DNA of 64,000 nt, from positions 806,001-870,000 of the forward strand of contig JBLDXI010000029.1 in assembly GCA_047495785.1 (NCBI GenBank). Direction: 5' to 3'. Shown in pieces: positions 30,238 to 42,576 of the stretch. The translations under genes and the position numbers were made by a program. The notes beneath the pieces were generated by a model, which ran no database searches, had not been told where the DNA came from, and worked only from the letters and a program-made list of their open reading frames with translations. How positions within the stretch are numbered: position 1 is the first letter of the stretch; every line of letters starts with the position of its first letter. Source of the DNA: Lepidodermella squamata (Eukaryota > Animalia > Gastrotricha).

Positions 30238-32550
30238 ATGAATCATCTATCACTGACCATTTTATTACTACTTCTAGTTTCAGCAAAGCTTAGATGCTCC
30301 CCTAAACCAATTCGGCTTAGAATGCTGTCGATTCTACCAGTCAACTCGGGCATTCCCGGAGTAGAATTCAACCGCTGCTCTCTGGCGCAAGACCTGGCTG
30401 TTGAGCTGGTCAATAACAGAAGCGACATCTTGCCCGAGTACCACATCGAGCTGGACCATCGTGATGAAATCGCGAATACTGCCGGGTCAGCTCAGCAGGC
30501 TGTTCGTTTCACATGGGACTATTTCGACTCGACGAATGCTACAAACGTCATCCCGTCACCAGTGGCATTGGGCCCCATCTTCACTGCAGGGTGCAAAACT
30601 TTGGGATCTATCGCGAATCACTTGAATATGGTGGTGATTGCAACATCTTGTCCAGCGCCTGGTCTCACGCAACGCCGTGACTTGTATCCTAACCTCTACC
30701 GTGTCCGAGCATCAGCAGAAATCGCTCTGATATCCCGTGTTCAGTTCTTGAAGACCTTCACCAAGATTCGAAAAATCGCAGTCATCGCAGTACTTAACGG
30801 CAATGCTTTCAACACAGAGTCGGCCATCTTCCTTCACAGCGCTTTGGTTCGAACCGGCTTTGACGTGTTAAAGTTTGAGGCAGTTACTGATTTCACTGAT
30901 GAATTCATCCAAACGTTGAAAGACGCAGATATTCGTGTTTTTTCAATGGACGCCGGTGATTGGCGGTCAATCGCAATCTTCCTGTGCCAACTCTACAAAT
31001 TTGGCATGAAAGGCGACAGATATTTGTTCTTTGTAGCTGGTATTGGCTACATTGACCCGTACGGCATTGCTGTCTATCCGCCTGGCTGCACTAGAGGCAT
31101 CTACATAGAACAACTCACCAGAACAATAGTGTCTGGTGCAGCTGATCCGCAAGTCCTCCCTAACACTGGCGTTGATGAGATGGGCATCAGTTACAGCGAT
31201 TTCGAGCGTATTTGGGCAGAAAAGGCCACTACAAAGGAAGCTGGTGACACTTTCCGCCATTTGTGCTACGACGCTGCTATGACAGCACTGAGAACACTGG
31301 ATGTAATCGAAAACAGACTTAAATCCTTGAAGAAGACCTTGGCTGACTATCAAAATGACCGAAATTTGATAGGTTCCATCGCTAACAGAAGTATGGCTGA
31401 TATTTCTTTCAAAAACCTGAGAACAGGCCATTTCTACTACTCGAAGCGAATGGAATGGGACGGAGAACCTCAAATACTAACGACTTACCAAATCGGAGTG
31501 GGCCAAGTTGTAAGATACGTCGTATCGTTGAAAGAGAACTCTACTAATCTTCTCGACTCAAACTCTTTTGTCATAACAGCGAAGAAGCCTTTTTCATCAA
31601 GTTTCATGCCTAAAGATTCGGCTGATGAAATAGAAGTGATCGCCGGGAATTCGATCATTGGATTTGTTGTCATCTTGGTAGCATCAGGTTCACACATTTT
31701 GGCCTTGGGGCTATTCCTCGTGCGAAGCATCCTGAAATCGCTGAAATCTTTCGGGAAGCTACTTAAGCAAGACGCAGCCTTCCTTCTCAGCTTTGTTCTT
31801 CTCAATGTTTCTTCTGCCCTTGTATCGACGAATGTTGAGATGAAGTCAGCAAAGCTGTGCGCTGCGAGTTTGTTCTTCATCTTAACGGGAGTTACTCTGC
31901 TCTTTGCGTCCCTCAGCGTTGAAGCACACGAATTGGTTAAAGCTTTGCGGCCAATTTCAAGCAAAATCAAACAACATCGCCGGCTTCCTGAGATCAAGAC
32001 GGTCCGAATGTTAGTCTCAGTCAAAACAGGGATCATAGTGAGTATAGCTATCATCTTCTACGCCGTCTGGATTGCTGTAGATCCCCTTCATGTTGTGGCA
32101 GAAGTCCGAGGCCACAAATATTCTGAGCCTGTCGATGCTTATGTGACAACAATTGACGTAACTTGCCACTCCAAATTTGGCTCAGCTTGGGTTGGGGCGT
32201 CTTTGGTCTACAATTTTGTCGTTCTTATGTCAGGGCTTCTGTTCGTTATGAGGTTGCGGGCTAAAAAGGGCATCAAACTCTTCCCTGAAATGAGAAGAAT
32301 TGCCATGTCAACAATTCTTTGCATTTCTATATTCGTTGCTACAACAGCTATTGGTTTCATGAATTCGCCTGGCGCAGCCCAGGATTTGTCGATCGCCGTC
32401 GGGCTCCTGGTGACGTCGTTGGCAGTCAGTGCAATATTCTATTTTTTATCATGGAAACGTCAGAATTCAAGGGCCATCACTGTTGTTGATACGTCAATTC
32501 TTCAATCGGTAAACGGAAGGCCAACCTTCGCAAACGCCGCAGTGTTTTAG
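30238..32550 (+). CDS. Class C GPCR, GABA-B-receptor-like, divergent paralogue 5, intronless
   Basis: 770 aa; signal peptide, LAVELVNNRSDILPEY, YPNLYRVRASAE, CQLYKFGMKGDRYLFF, MPKD followed by 7TM. Confidence 0.87.
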   Translation: MNHLSLTILLLLLVSAKLRCSPKPIRLRMLSILPVNSGIPGVEFNRCSLAQDLAVELVNNRSDILPEYHIELDHRDEIANTAGSAQQAVRFTWDYFDSTNATNVIPSPVALGPIFTAGCKTLGSIANHLNMVVIATSCPAPGLTQRRDLYPNLYRVRASAEIALISRVQFLKTFTKIRKIAVIAVLNGNAFNTESAIFLHSALVRTGFDVLKFEAVTDFTDEFIQTLKDADIRVFSMDAGDWRSIAIFLCQLYKFGMKGDRYLFFVAGIGYIDPYGIAVYPPGCTRGIYIEQLTRTIVSGAADPQVLPNTGVDEMGISYSDFERIWAEKATTKEAGDTFRHLCYDAAMTALRTLDVIENRLKSLKKTLADYQNDRNLIGSIANRSMADISFKNLRTGHFYYSKRMEWDGEPQILTTYQIGVGQVVRYVVSLKENSTNLLDSNSFVITAKKPFSSSFMPKDSADEIEVIAGNSIIGFVVILVASGSHILALGLFLVRSILKSLKSFGKLLKQDAAFLLSFVLLNVSSALVSTNVEMKSAKLCAASLFFILTGVTLLFASLSVEAHELVKALRPISSKIKQHRRLPEIKTVRMLVSVKTGIIVSIAIIFYAVWIAVDPLHVVAEVRGHKYSEPVDAYVTTIDVTCHSKFGSAWVGASLVYNFVVLMSGLLFVMRLRAKKGIKLFPEMRRIAMSTILCISIFVATTAIGFMNSPGAAQDLSIAVGLLVTSLAVSAIFYFLSWKRQNSRAITVVDTSILQSVNGRPTFANAAVF

Positions 32551-33925
32551 CGATCATTTTCTACTTCGATTACGTAAAGAAATCAAATCATGACAGCAGA
32601 TATCAAAACTATAAAATCGTAGCTCCAAGCTAATATACCATCGAAATCGACAGAAAACACTAAAATTACTGACTAGATTCGTTTTCTTGATATAATAAAC
32701 TGAGCGGAGAAAAGAGCATTTTTCTTCATGATATTCCTTGTAACCATAGAGATTATACTATTTTGGACGCGTGCAGGCATATTAATCTCTGACGCCAGAA
32801 TAGAAACACTCCTCACGCCAGGTACTTTTGAATCAACGCGTCGGAATTTAGACGTCAGATATTTATTAAAAAATCATCCCATTTCGTAATTATTATAAGT
32901 AACGCATGCAGACGATTAAAATTCATAATTTTCCCGCACGTGATCGAGTTTCAAAAAATTGACCAAAAGAATTCACCGATGCGTGAATAAATTTGTTAAG
33001 TTCAGTCTGTTCAGCCCTCAGTTCTAACACGGCAGAGGTCGCGAGGCCGAGATTTTCCCGAATTTTAGTCACTTCATAGTCTACAAACGGCAATCGCGCC
33101 AACTAGCGCTGTTCAGCACAGAAACGGATGATTATTAGCGATAAAGTTGGATGGCTGAAGCCTCAAGTTTTGAGGCACAAAAAGTGTGGACGGCTACTGG
33201 CATCCAATTTCTAAGCGAGTATGGGTATAAGAAGTAACAGACATGTTTTCGCCCAAGTTGAAATGCATAGGTTGTGCACGATTATGAGCTCAAGCTGGAA
33301 ATATCTCGCACACGCTTGAACTAATTTTAACTCCACGCTTGGGTTCGAATGGAACAAAAATAGAAAATACAACTCGCACAGACTCGGACATTTTAAGAGG
33401 GTAAAAATAAGGAATATTCGTAAAATGCTAATTAACATACATACTAAGTTTGAACTAACTAACGAACTAAGTTTGAAGAAATATGTTGGACGAATTTGTT
33501 ATGTTTCATCCTATCTTGTTTTGAATGCTCACTTCATGTATAATTTTTCGGTGCTGTTATTAGGATGTCCTAGTTTCAAGACACCTCATACCTTCATGTT
33601 CTTCAACCTATTCTACTTTCATCCCAGCTATTTTTACGGCCTGCATTATTTTGGCGCATCATTTTGGAACGTTTTTGAACCAAAATATAATTTTCGAAAG
33701 CTCACACTTAAAGTCAAGCCATAGACAAATAATAAGAGACTGGACACTCACGCTTATTTAACACTTTAACTGCCAAAAATAGACTGCGAGGTCCGATATT
33801 GTTCGTCTACTGGGTTCGTCGTTTCACGAGGCCATTTTGCGACGGGCTAAGTCCACACAAAAAACGAATGCTCACATACAAAAAGATAAGTTTTATTAAT
33901 AATAGGCCCTCCAGGCAGCGATATA

Positions 33926-34032
33926 CCGTATTTTCCGAATTAAGGAACCCTACCCGTTATTATAGCACGTCCCGTATACAACCCCCCTTTTTCGACTGTT
34001 TGAAAATATAAAGCCCCATACTCGCAATAGCC
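33926..34032 (-). mobile_element. Terminal fragment of the MITE family at 2646-3226
   Basis: TA|CCGTATTTTCCGAATTA...ACCCGTTATTA...CGTCCCGTATACAACCCCCCTTTTTCGA...CATACTCGCAATAGC is a diverged reverse complement of ~3120-3228. No matching opposite TIR was found. Confidence 0.65.
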
Positions 34033-34405
34033 AACCATGATTCAATTACGGAATAAAAATTGGGAAATCTCTTCAGAAAAATTATCTGCGCCTCATTGTG
34101 AAATCTCAATCTGCGTGGCATTCATTTGATTAAACAAATCGTTGCAATGTGGGTTGGCTTTTCGACTTCGGATGTTTCTCGAGAGCTGCCCTTCTGGAAT
34201 CAGCTCAGGTGAGCTCAGTTCGCAGAAAGTACCAGCTCGACTGAACATGAGAATCTTTGAATAATTCCCACCACCTTGACACACTTTTATTTGAAACAAT
34301 AATTGGACTTATTATAGTACTATATACGTGGTTATTATACATGGAGATTAATGAATTGGCATGATTTCACATTATTCCCCGTCAATCAGGAGAAGCTCCC
34401 ATTGT

Positions 34406-35196
34406 TTAATTTCGGGCATGCTTTTCCGCCGGTTCGTGAAATTTAATAAAGACACTGCTATTTTTTGGGTTTGTGGTGCACGTGGCGTTGCAGGCTTCAA
34501 AAGTGGTACAGGTTTCAAAATTGGAATTGTATTCGATGGCGAAACAATTTCCAACTGCTGCACACTTTTGCATGCAGGTTTGCAGCTCTGTGGGTCTAAA
34601 TCGTTTGACCGGCAATTCCTTGCACACGTAATGGACCTGTTTCCAACCAAGGTACTGTGCATCACCTGTAGACACGGTAGTCACACTAAGACAGTTTGCA
34701 TCCACTGGAGGAAAAGTTAATATAATTAACAGTTGTTAATAGGCATAAGATTAAGACTTACACACAGCATCAGATATCTTGCAGGATATGGAACCGTTCC
34801 CGAAAAAAGTATAAATGCCGGAGCCACTTTCAGTTTTGCATGGCTGACCAACGGTGTTAGACCAGCTAGACGTCACCCTATCATTAACTTTGACGATGCA
34901 GTTTAAAAAATTGCGACAATTTATTTGGCTGGAATTGTAAACAGCGAAACAACGTCCATCACCTGCACAGGTTTGCATGCAGGGTTGCAGCTTTCTGGTT
35001 TTGGTAGTCTTCTGGTAATCCGGCCCTTCCCTGCACACGTACACTATAGTCGTACCAAGGTAGTTTTCATCCCCTGGAGGAAAGTTAATATAATTAACAG
35101 TTGTTAATAGGCATAAGATTAAGACTTACCGCGCACATCAGCCGCAGCAACGAAGCAGGATAGAACTACGATGAAAGAAATAGCTAGGGTCTGCAT
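34406..35196 (-). CDS. Secreted cysteine-rich protein with two PAN/Apple-like repeats; 3 exons (35196-35130, 35073-34762, 34704-34406)
   Basis: Signal peptide MQTLAISFIVVLSCFVAAA, and two phase-1 GT-AG introns keep the frame. Repeats are YVC...LQPCMQTCAGDGRCFAVYN...C...C and YVC...LQTCMQKCAAVGNCFAIEYN...C...C. Confidence 0.75.
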
Positions 35197-36466
35197 AATA
35201 GATAAGATACTCGAAGTGAAAGGTGAAACAAAAATTGATGAAGTGAGCTGGTAGCGCTTCAGGCACTGAGCGAATGATATCAGCTGTCGCGATCCTAGAC
35301 ATAGGCGACGTGTTTCGCGCCATCATTTAAGGTTGCCAAAAAAACAACCTCTTATTCGCCCCAGTTCATCTTAAAGAAAATATGCAAAACACGTCTAGCC
35401 GCACGGTAAATAAGCACCCTCGAATGATGGGCGCCAATTAGTGGCGTCAGCAATTTAGAGGTTGGAGTTTTAGGTCGAAAGGGCGGTTCGCGAGGAAACT
35501 GGAGATGCGGAGAACAAAATGCCGCTGCAGGAGAAGACCAGCATTAAACCTCGTCAGCCGGCAACGTTTAAAACAGACTCGAAAGGAGGGAAATGAAAAA
35601 AATTGAAAAACTTGAAATCATTACGATAACAGACCTTCGATCAATTGACCTAATACGATTACAATTGGTCAATTTACCGCAGGTTTTTTTCAGCATATTT
35701 TTTCTATGCCGACTACAGTCGATGATATTTCTGCATATAGCAGTCCTGATCAAAGAATTCAGATGACAATTTTGCACCGTCAAAGTGACTACGTCGTCAA
35801 TGAAATTTGTATCCTCTAATATCGGGGTTTTCTGATGTGAATTTCACGAGCTCATTCGAGAATTTGTAAGGTTTTTTTGGCGTATTTGCGACGCAGTTCT
35901 TGAAAATGCGCATTTTCAAGGCGATAATCGCCCAATGGAAAAACAATTGAGACGTCTTCACTCACAGCCGTCGATCGCTTTTCGTGCTTCCTAGGTGGCG
36001 CTTTGCTGGCGCGGGAGGCAAGGCTCGAACCGCATCGCGATTATTCACCACTGTCTCGTCGTTCGTCGCCTGATATATTAGGAACAAAAAGCATAAGTAA
36101 GCATGTTTTTGTACGTTTTTCCGCGCTTTTTCCGCGCTTCGAAATTTGTAATAATTTCAAAAAAAAATGTCATTATTTTACAACTTTTTTTGACAGATGG
36201 GGGTTGAAAATCTACATGCTGAGCGACTCTGAAAATAGCATGGCTTTGCGATTGGCCGTTTATTCTGGTGCTGACTCGCCCAAAGACTTCATCGATGCGA
36301 AAAAAGGCCACACAACTTCTGTGGTTTTAGCGCTTATACGAAATTTTCTGCAAAAATTTCACTCGCTTTTCATGTAGTTTGAACCTAATTTGCATAAAAT
36401 TGCACGAATTTTCATCACTTTTCATTTTTTATTTCAAATTTGTCGAGTTAATTTTTACTTGAATAA

Positions 36467-37288
36467 TCAGTATTTAGTATCAGCAACAACGTCGTGAAGA
36501 GGAACGTGGCGCAAAAACGGCGGGCATTCTTCGGAGCCGAAAAACTTGACATGCGGATTGCGATGCAGGGTGAAAATCGCCGTCATCATCAGCACCGTGA
36601 TAGCCGTCAACGCCTCGAAAATGTAGCTGATTTGAAACGCAGCATGGCGACGCCGGTTGCCGCAAAATATCAACACAGCAAAGCCGAGCAGGAAAAACCA
36701 GGCCGCTGCTACAATCGTCACCAGCAGAATGAAATGATCGTCACTAGTCTGACCTAGCCTGATGACTGATCTAGTGCAGGAGATCGGGTTCCAGACGAAA
36801 AATACAAACAGGCCGAAATAGTGGAGAAAGGTGCTGTATTGAACTGGCAGGCAATGGCACCCGGTGAAGTGCGTTAATTTCATTGAATTCTCGTAACCAG
36901 CCGTGTGGTACGTGCCGATTAGGGTGATTAAAGCCGCGCTGGCCACATCGCCGCTGAAGAAGATCCACTCCTCGACGCTGGGGTGTTTAACGTGGCTCCA
37001 CAGCTCATGCGAGGCGAAAAATTCTTCGACATGAAGCGTTATTAGGGTGATTGCGGCGAACCATGAGCCGATGACGAATAGGAAGCGCCGTGCGGAGTTG
37101 TCCGGGTCAGGGTGCGCGCAAAACGCGCTCGCTGTTCGGAAGGGCACGGCCACTTCGCGGGCGTGGCGGAGCGCGGAGAGCAGCAGGCGGAACAGGCCGA
37201 TGCAGATGACGACGAGGAAGCCGAGCAACACGTAGGCTGAGCTGAAATCAGGCGCCAGGGCGCAGGCGGGTGACGATATGAAAGTCAT
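36467..37288 (-). CDS. Multi-pass membrane protein, possibly Frag1/DRAM/Sfk1 (TMEM150)-like, intronless
   Basis: 273-aa ORF with about six hydrophobic segments. LHYFGLFVFF and IFEAL resemble the H..GA...F and EW motifs of the family. Coding status is clear; the family call is tentative. Confidence 0.5.
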   Translation of the reverse strand: MTFISSPACALAPDFSSAYVLLGFLVVICIGLFRLLLSALRHAREVAVPFRTASAFCAHPDPDNSARRFLFVIGSWFAAITLITLHVEEFFASHELWSHVKHPSVEEWIFFSGDVASAALITLIGTYHTAGYENSMKLTHFTGCHCLPVQYSTFLHYFGLFVFFVWNPISCTRSVIRLGQTSDDHFILLVTIVAAAWFFLLGFAVLIFCGNRRRHAAFQISYIFEALTAITVLMMTAIFTLHRNPHVKFFGSEECPPFLRHVPLHDVVADTKY

Positions 37289-39653
37289 TAGCAGCTCTTG
37301 AAAAATTGTACAGCAAAATTTAAGAAAAGTAGTTGTTCTTCTGGCTTTAGTTTATAGAATGCAGTAATCCCGTCTTGAGGTCACAGATATATTGCGTAAC
37401 AGAAAGATAGAATCTCGCAACAATGAAACCTTGAGATTTTTTTCTCCGTGTCCATTTGAAATGAGCACTTTTTCGTTAGAATATCATCCGCTTGTTCATT
37501 TTTCACCTAAAAATGGGAAAATAATCAGAATAATATTAACTTTAGCCTAGGTCTCACCTTTTCTGGTGGGCATAGGGCTTAAGGATTCCAGGGCTAAATT
37601 CAGCCCCAGAATTCATTTTTTTCGTTTTTTTCGTAGAAAAGGTGAAAACTTTAATAGGCTAAATGTCATACTACGTCAACCTACAGAGTCGATACAATTT
37701 CAATGAAATAGGTAATTGATTTAAAAATCAGCGAATTCTTTGATATCAGCCGTGAGGGAAGCTTATTTTGCAAACTTTAGGGTACCAACCGTCTCAAATA
37801 CAAAATTCTAGGGCGGCATCACTTTCGATCGGGATAAGAACAATTCTAAATCTTGTAACATATCGGAAATGAAATTCATCGAGAAAATGCTCGAATTTAG
37901 TGCTGGATCTTCAATGTTATTGGCCGAAAGCCCTGACCCGAATTTCTCACATTTTATTCCAGTGATTTCGGACAATCCAAATCGAAGTATGATATATTTT
38001 TATTTTGGATTTCTCAGATATTCGATTTTTGGGGAAATTATTGCTAAACATCCCTAATTGCAGATCCCGAACTTTCAGCAACGTGATTGAGGTCAGAATT
38101 GTAGAAAAGAAAAGCACTGAAGTCTGCGTTCGAAATGTCCCGTTTTATTCTAAAAAGCTATCGTTAAATAAATATTATCGCGATGAATCCTACGAAATGA
38201 TTGCACGTCAAGCCTAAAGAGGGTTCAATGTATCTAATTGTTTCGAAAATTTTCAATTTCAGGCATTGTATTGAGTTCGCGGCATGGTTTTTGACCGTCA
38301 GTAGCTCATATCGCAGCCTCGAACGTCCATTTCATTCATAAGCCTTCAGAAAAATTGCAAAGCAGTTTTCAAAAATTAAAATGAGAGAAAACTGCTCACC
38401 GGCAGCTCATGCATAAGCCGCAGTATAACCATAAAAAGCCCTCTTTACACATGTCCTAGAAAAAATTTGGCATAATTGCTCCAGCTAACTGAAAAGACAT
38501 TTTTTACCATTCTTATTCGGTAGAGTGTTCTAAAGCGAGTCGACAGTCCTCGGCTACCGAAAACGAGAGGATAGCAGCAGTGCTCCCCTGAAAGGTCGAG
38601 TTACAAAATTGTAAATTCTCGCAAAAATATATCCGCTGTTATACCTAATCGCGTGGAAATTTGGCACATCATGCACCATGGGCAGAATAATCCATAAGCC
38701 GCTAGAACATTTTCTCTAAAAACGAGTAATTTTTGAAAAAATTCGATGTACTATACCGACTCGTGGGTTTCGGCAACAGTCGCAAAGTTCGACCTCCCAA
38801 TCGGTTTCGCGGTCGAAACTCATCTCATGCCGGCCGCCACCGCCAGAACCCGGCTGCGTTGTCACCACAGGTCCAACGTGACTCATTTCAACAAAGATTA
38901 CCTGAGCGGAGTAATGACTCGAGGTATACAGCTAAATTTGTCCAACTTTTCGAAGACAATCCCATTTTATTGAGTGCAACTATTTTTTTGTATTCCCCAG
39001 CCGTTCCTTTCGCTTCTTTCAGAATTATTGGTATTACCATCTTGTAATGCGGGGTTGAAAAAAGTCGATGCATAGGCTCATGTTTTATTGAGTCGAAAAA
39101 TCGCAAAATCAGTAGAAAAATTAGGATAAAATTAATTGTAATTATTTGAGCAGCCCGGCCATTTACAGACTTGTCATTTCTCAAGGCTCCAAACGCCCGT
39201 CGCGGCGGATTGCCCCGCCTCAGGCTGACTACACCGGTTCCAATCGGGTACAGATCGAGAGAGATATAAAACAAAAAATCCAGGTAAAATATACACAAGC
39301 CCGAAACAATAACGCAGTTCGTTCAACAGAAATAGGCTTCGAATATTTTTTCAATCAAATAATAATAATAACAATGCATATAGCACACGCTAAAAAATGT
39401 GGGAAGTTCAAGCACGCATTTTTTGTGAGTATAAATCGAAGAAAACAAATCAGTATAGTGCATATTTAACGTAGATATAATTTTGCGATTTTTGCGATAT
39501 TATTTGCATTTCACACTGATGACGAAATCGGTCGGATTTTTTCGACATAGTATCAACAATACAACGTATGACTGTTTAAGAGACTTGAGAACATTCATAC
39601 GGAGTATGAAATCATTGACAGATATAGCAGAGAGAGGCTCTGTGGACAAGCAG

Positions 39654-41029
39654 CTACTGTGGAGTCTGCAAAAAAGGCGGTGAACCGGTGGCTTCTTCGT
39701 TGATAAGGCGCTCCATAACATCGAAAACGCGCGATCCACCTTCGGGGAGTATGTAACCGTCGTAGTTGGGGTCGGTTGCCTCGTTGAAAGCGTGAAAAGT
39801 TATGCCTTGCGCGTATCGAGCGATAACACACGGCTGAATTTAAAAAAAAAAAATTTTAAATGAATAAAAACTTAAATATTTCCATAAATTTCAGATTTTT
39901 AAATAATAATCTGAAAATGTTAGAAAATATTCAATAATTCAATAAATTCAATAATTTTGAAGCTGAACTACCCCGATTTTTATTAATTTAATTTTTTTCC
40001 GATTATAAGCAATTTTTGAGTAAAATTTACCCGAAGCAGCTGCATTTCTAGCACCGTGAGTTTAACAATTGAAAGATAAGCGTCGAGAAAGGCTTTCGCA
40101 CATTCGACCGTGCCCTTAGCTAGCAGAGACGCGATGATAACCGCCGGCTCGTAGACTCGACACGTTCGCCTCGAATCGGCAAAATCGATAACGCCCAACG
40201 CTGGCTGACCATCCGCCTCAATGTTATCGAAATCAACAACAATATTGTCGTAATCAAGATCTCCGTGAATTTGTTCTGAAAGAAAATTTTTGACTGCATA
40301 AAATTTTCAAATTCGATCTAGAAACTAACGAATAGGAAGGTCGCCGATATTTGTCCAAATTTGTTGCTCGAAAATTTGAAATCCTTTCAAAGCGAGGCCG
40401 TGAATTCTCTCGTCTTTGATGTAAGGCAAGATAGCACTGAGTCGCTCATTTTCGTTGTAATTGACTAGAAAATCCAACTCGGTCATTAGGTGATAGAAAT
40501 CACTCTGAAAATTCTCCAAACGAGCGTCCATTTTGCCAGCTAAAAGGCCAATTTTTCGACTCAGATCAACTGTCAATGGGACATGGTGTAACAGCTTCCC
40601 ATTCAGATATCTTTGCATGCGAGTGAAAGAAGGTCGACCACAACAAAAGTCTGAAATGAAATATTAATAAAATAATTTCAAGATTTATTTAATGAATTTC
40701 ATACCAATTTCGCTGTAAAGTCCTCGATCTTTCGAAGCCACGATATTCGGGACAGGAATTTTGTTGTTGTAAAGAAATTGCATCAACGCAATTTCTGCCT
40801 CGACTTGCGGCCGTTTCGACGTGTAAGGGTCGACGAAAATCTTAAAGATGAACTCATTTCGAGTCGATCCACCCTGGACTACATGGTAAGTCAGATCACA
40901 AAAACCGTGCATTCGCACGATTTTGTCGACGACAAAGCCGAAACGACGTTCGATAGCATCAAGAACAGCGCTTGTTTCAAGCTGTACCTTTTTGTAAATA
41001 TTCGCTCGAGGTGTTAGAGCCGTTGCCAT
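39654..41029 (-). CDS. HYKK: Hydroxylysine kinase-like (aminoglycoside phosphotransferase fold), 4 exons
   Basis: Spliced motifs: GFCDLTYHV, EFIFKI, PVPNIVAS, IGLLAGKMD, IHGDLDYDNIVV, GVIDFAD, and C-terminal PCVIARYAQ...DPNYDGYIL ending in TAG at 39654-39656. Confidence 0.72.
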
Positions 41030-41194
41030 GTTATTAAGACAAACAACACATTTAACACGAATTTATCTATCAGAAATGTAGTATGATAGCAGCTGCGTAA
41101 GTCTGGAACTTGATCTCTGAATTAATCACGAAAATTGCTTTTATTCAGAACTTCCAGTGTTATCACAGAATACACGTAAATTGAGAAAGAAAGC

Positions 41195-42576
41195 CTAATT
41201 TTTCAACAGGTGGTTTTCAAGACCGATTCCGGTTGCTTCCAATATGTAGCTACCAGTACCGTCATCAGCAGGTTCGTGACTGAATTTCACCTGCGAATCC
41301 GTCATCAATTCCGCCATTAAAATAGCAGTTTGGGTGTGTAGAGTCGGAGGGCCTGTGCGGAATTTGGAATGGCCCTGAGCTAACGCCATGAGAATAATAA
41401 TCTGTATTGTGAATAGGCTTGATGCAAAAAACGAGAACGCAGCTAGTAATAGCACTCACTTGATCTTGCATATACTCATCTACGCACTCCCCATGCTTTG
41501 TATTTGCTATAAGTTGCTCTGCTGCGTCACGTCCCATCTCCTCCGCTGAATAGCCTTTACGACCGAGAACGGAACTCGAGAGTATGCATCCTGTGCTTGT
41601 AGTTGCGTATAAGTCGACCGCATTTGCGGTCCCGGTGGGCGCGATCTTAGGAGATTCGTGGACAGATTCGATATCTATCTCGACGTTTGACAGCTGTTTC
41701 CTCAAGACTCGTTTAGCTGCTTCACGTGCTTCATCAGCCAACTGTCAAAAACGTTTACATATTCATAGTTATTTATGAATATGTTAGAGTACTTTATTTG
41801 GCAAGTTACCAGCTATCCACGATCGTCCGAACACACGCGTAATTTTACCTTGATCCACCATTTGCACTTTCTTCAAATTTTTCACGGGGCTTGAAGTAAG
41901 AGCGACCAAGCCGCCACCTCGAGGATAGAACCCTCTGCCAACACATAAGTTGAACGATAAACAAAAGCTAGAGCGTCAGACAGAAAATACCTTCGCAATA
42001 ACTCTATTTCGAAATTCAGCCCAAACCTCTCAGCATACGGTTTGAACACATTAACCATGAAATCAATGGGAGGAGCATGCTCTGCATTTGTTCCACCGAT
42101 CAGCTCGATTCTAGTTTTAGCCTCGGCAAATGCTAAACATGGTATCGAGCTCTGAAGTAACAATGAAACCGATCTGTTAAATAAAACTTTGAATTCAATC
42201 GTTGCAGCTTAATTCATTACCCTGCTGTCTTTGTATCTACGCGCAACGATTCTTTGGGAGTTAATGAGTCGCCAGGATTTAATGAGATAGTAACAGAACC
42301 GACTTTACCGCCTTCAAGGGTTCCGTTGGATATGTCTGTGACAAGTTGCAGCCCACATAGATGTTGTGGTCTGAGACCAGGCTTGTCTCGCCCTGCTCTG
42401 ATGTTCTCAACTCGGACTGGCGTTTTAAACAAGCATGAATACGCTGAAACGTTTCGAAGAATCTGCCCACCCTGCTCGAAATAAGCAGTAGACAAGACAT
42501 TAGACTTCTATTTAGAGCGATATTTACTTACACCCTCCAACACGCTGCCGTCAATAAGTTTTAATGGCTTTTGCAT
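41195..42576 (-). CDS. RTCA: RNA 3'-terminal phosphate cyclase, multi-exon
   Basis: MQKPLKLIDGSVLEG|GGQILR, IRAGRDKPGLRPQH, DTKTAGS, GGTNAEHAPPID, YPRGGG, CVDEYMQDQ, TLHTQTA. Confidence 0.92.

Noticed and set aside
35990-36085. tRNA-derived SINE or tRNA (minus-strand GGTTCGAGCC B-box) and CTCF-like CTAGGTGGCGC
   Set aside because: No cloverleaf, convincing A-box or second copy is present in the window; single short motifs are insufficient.
37400-39480. Short ORFs in the AT-rich interval
   Set aside because: No recognisable domains, splice pattern or codon bias. The region is probably transposon-derived, but no termini could be defined.
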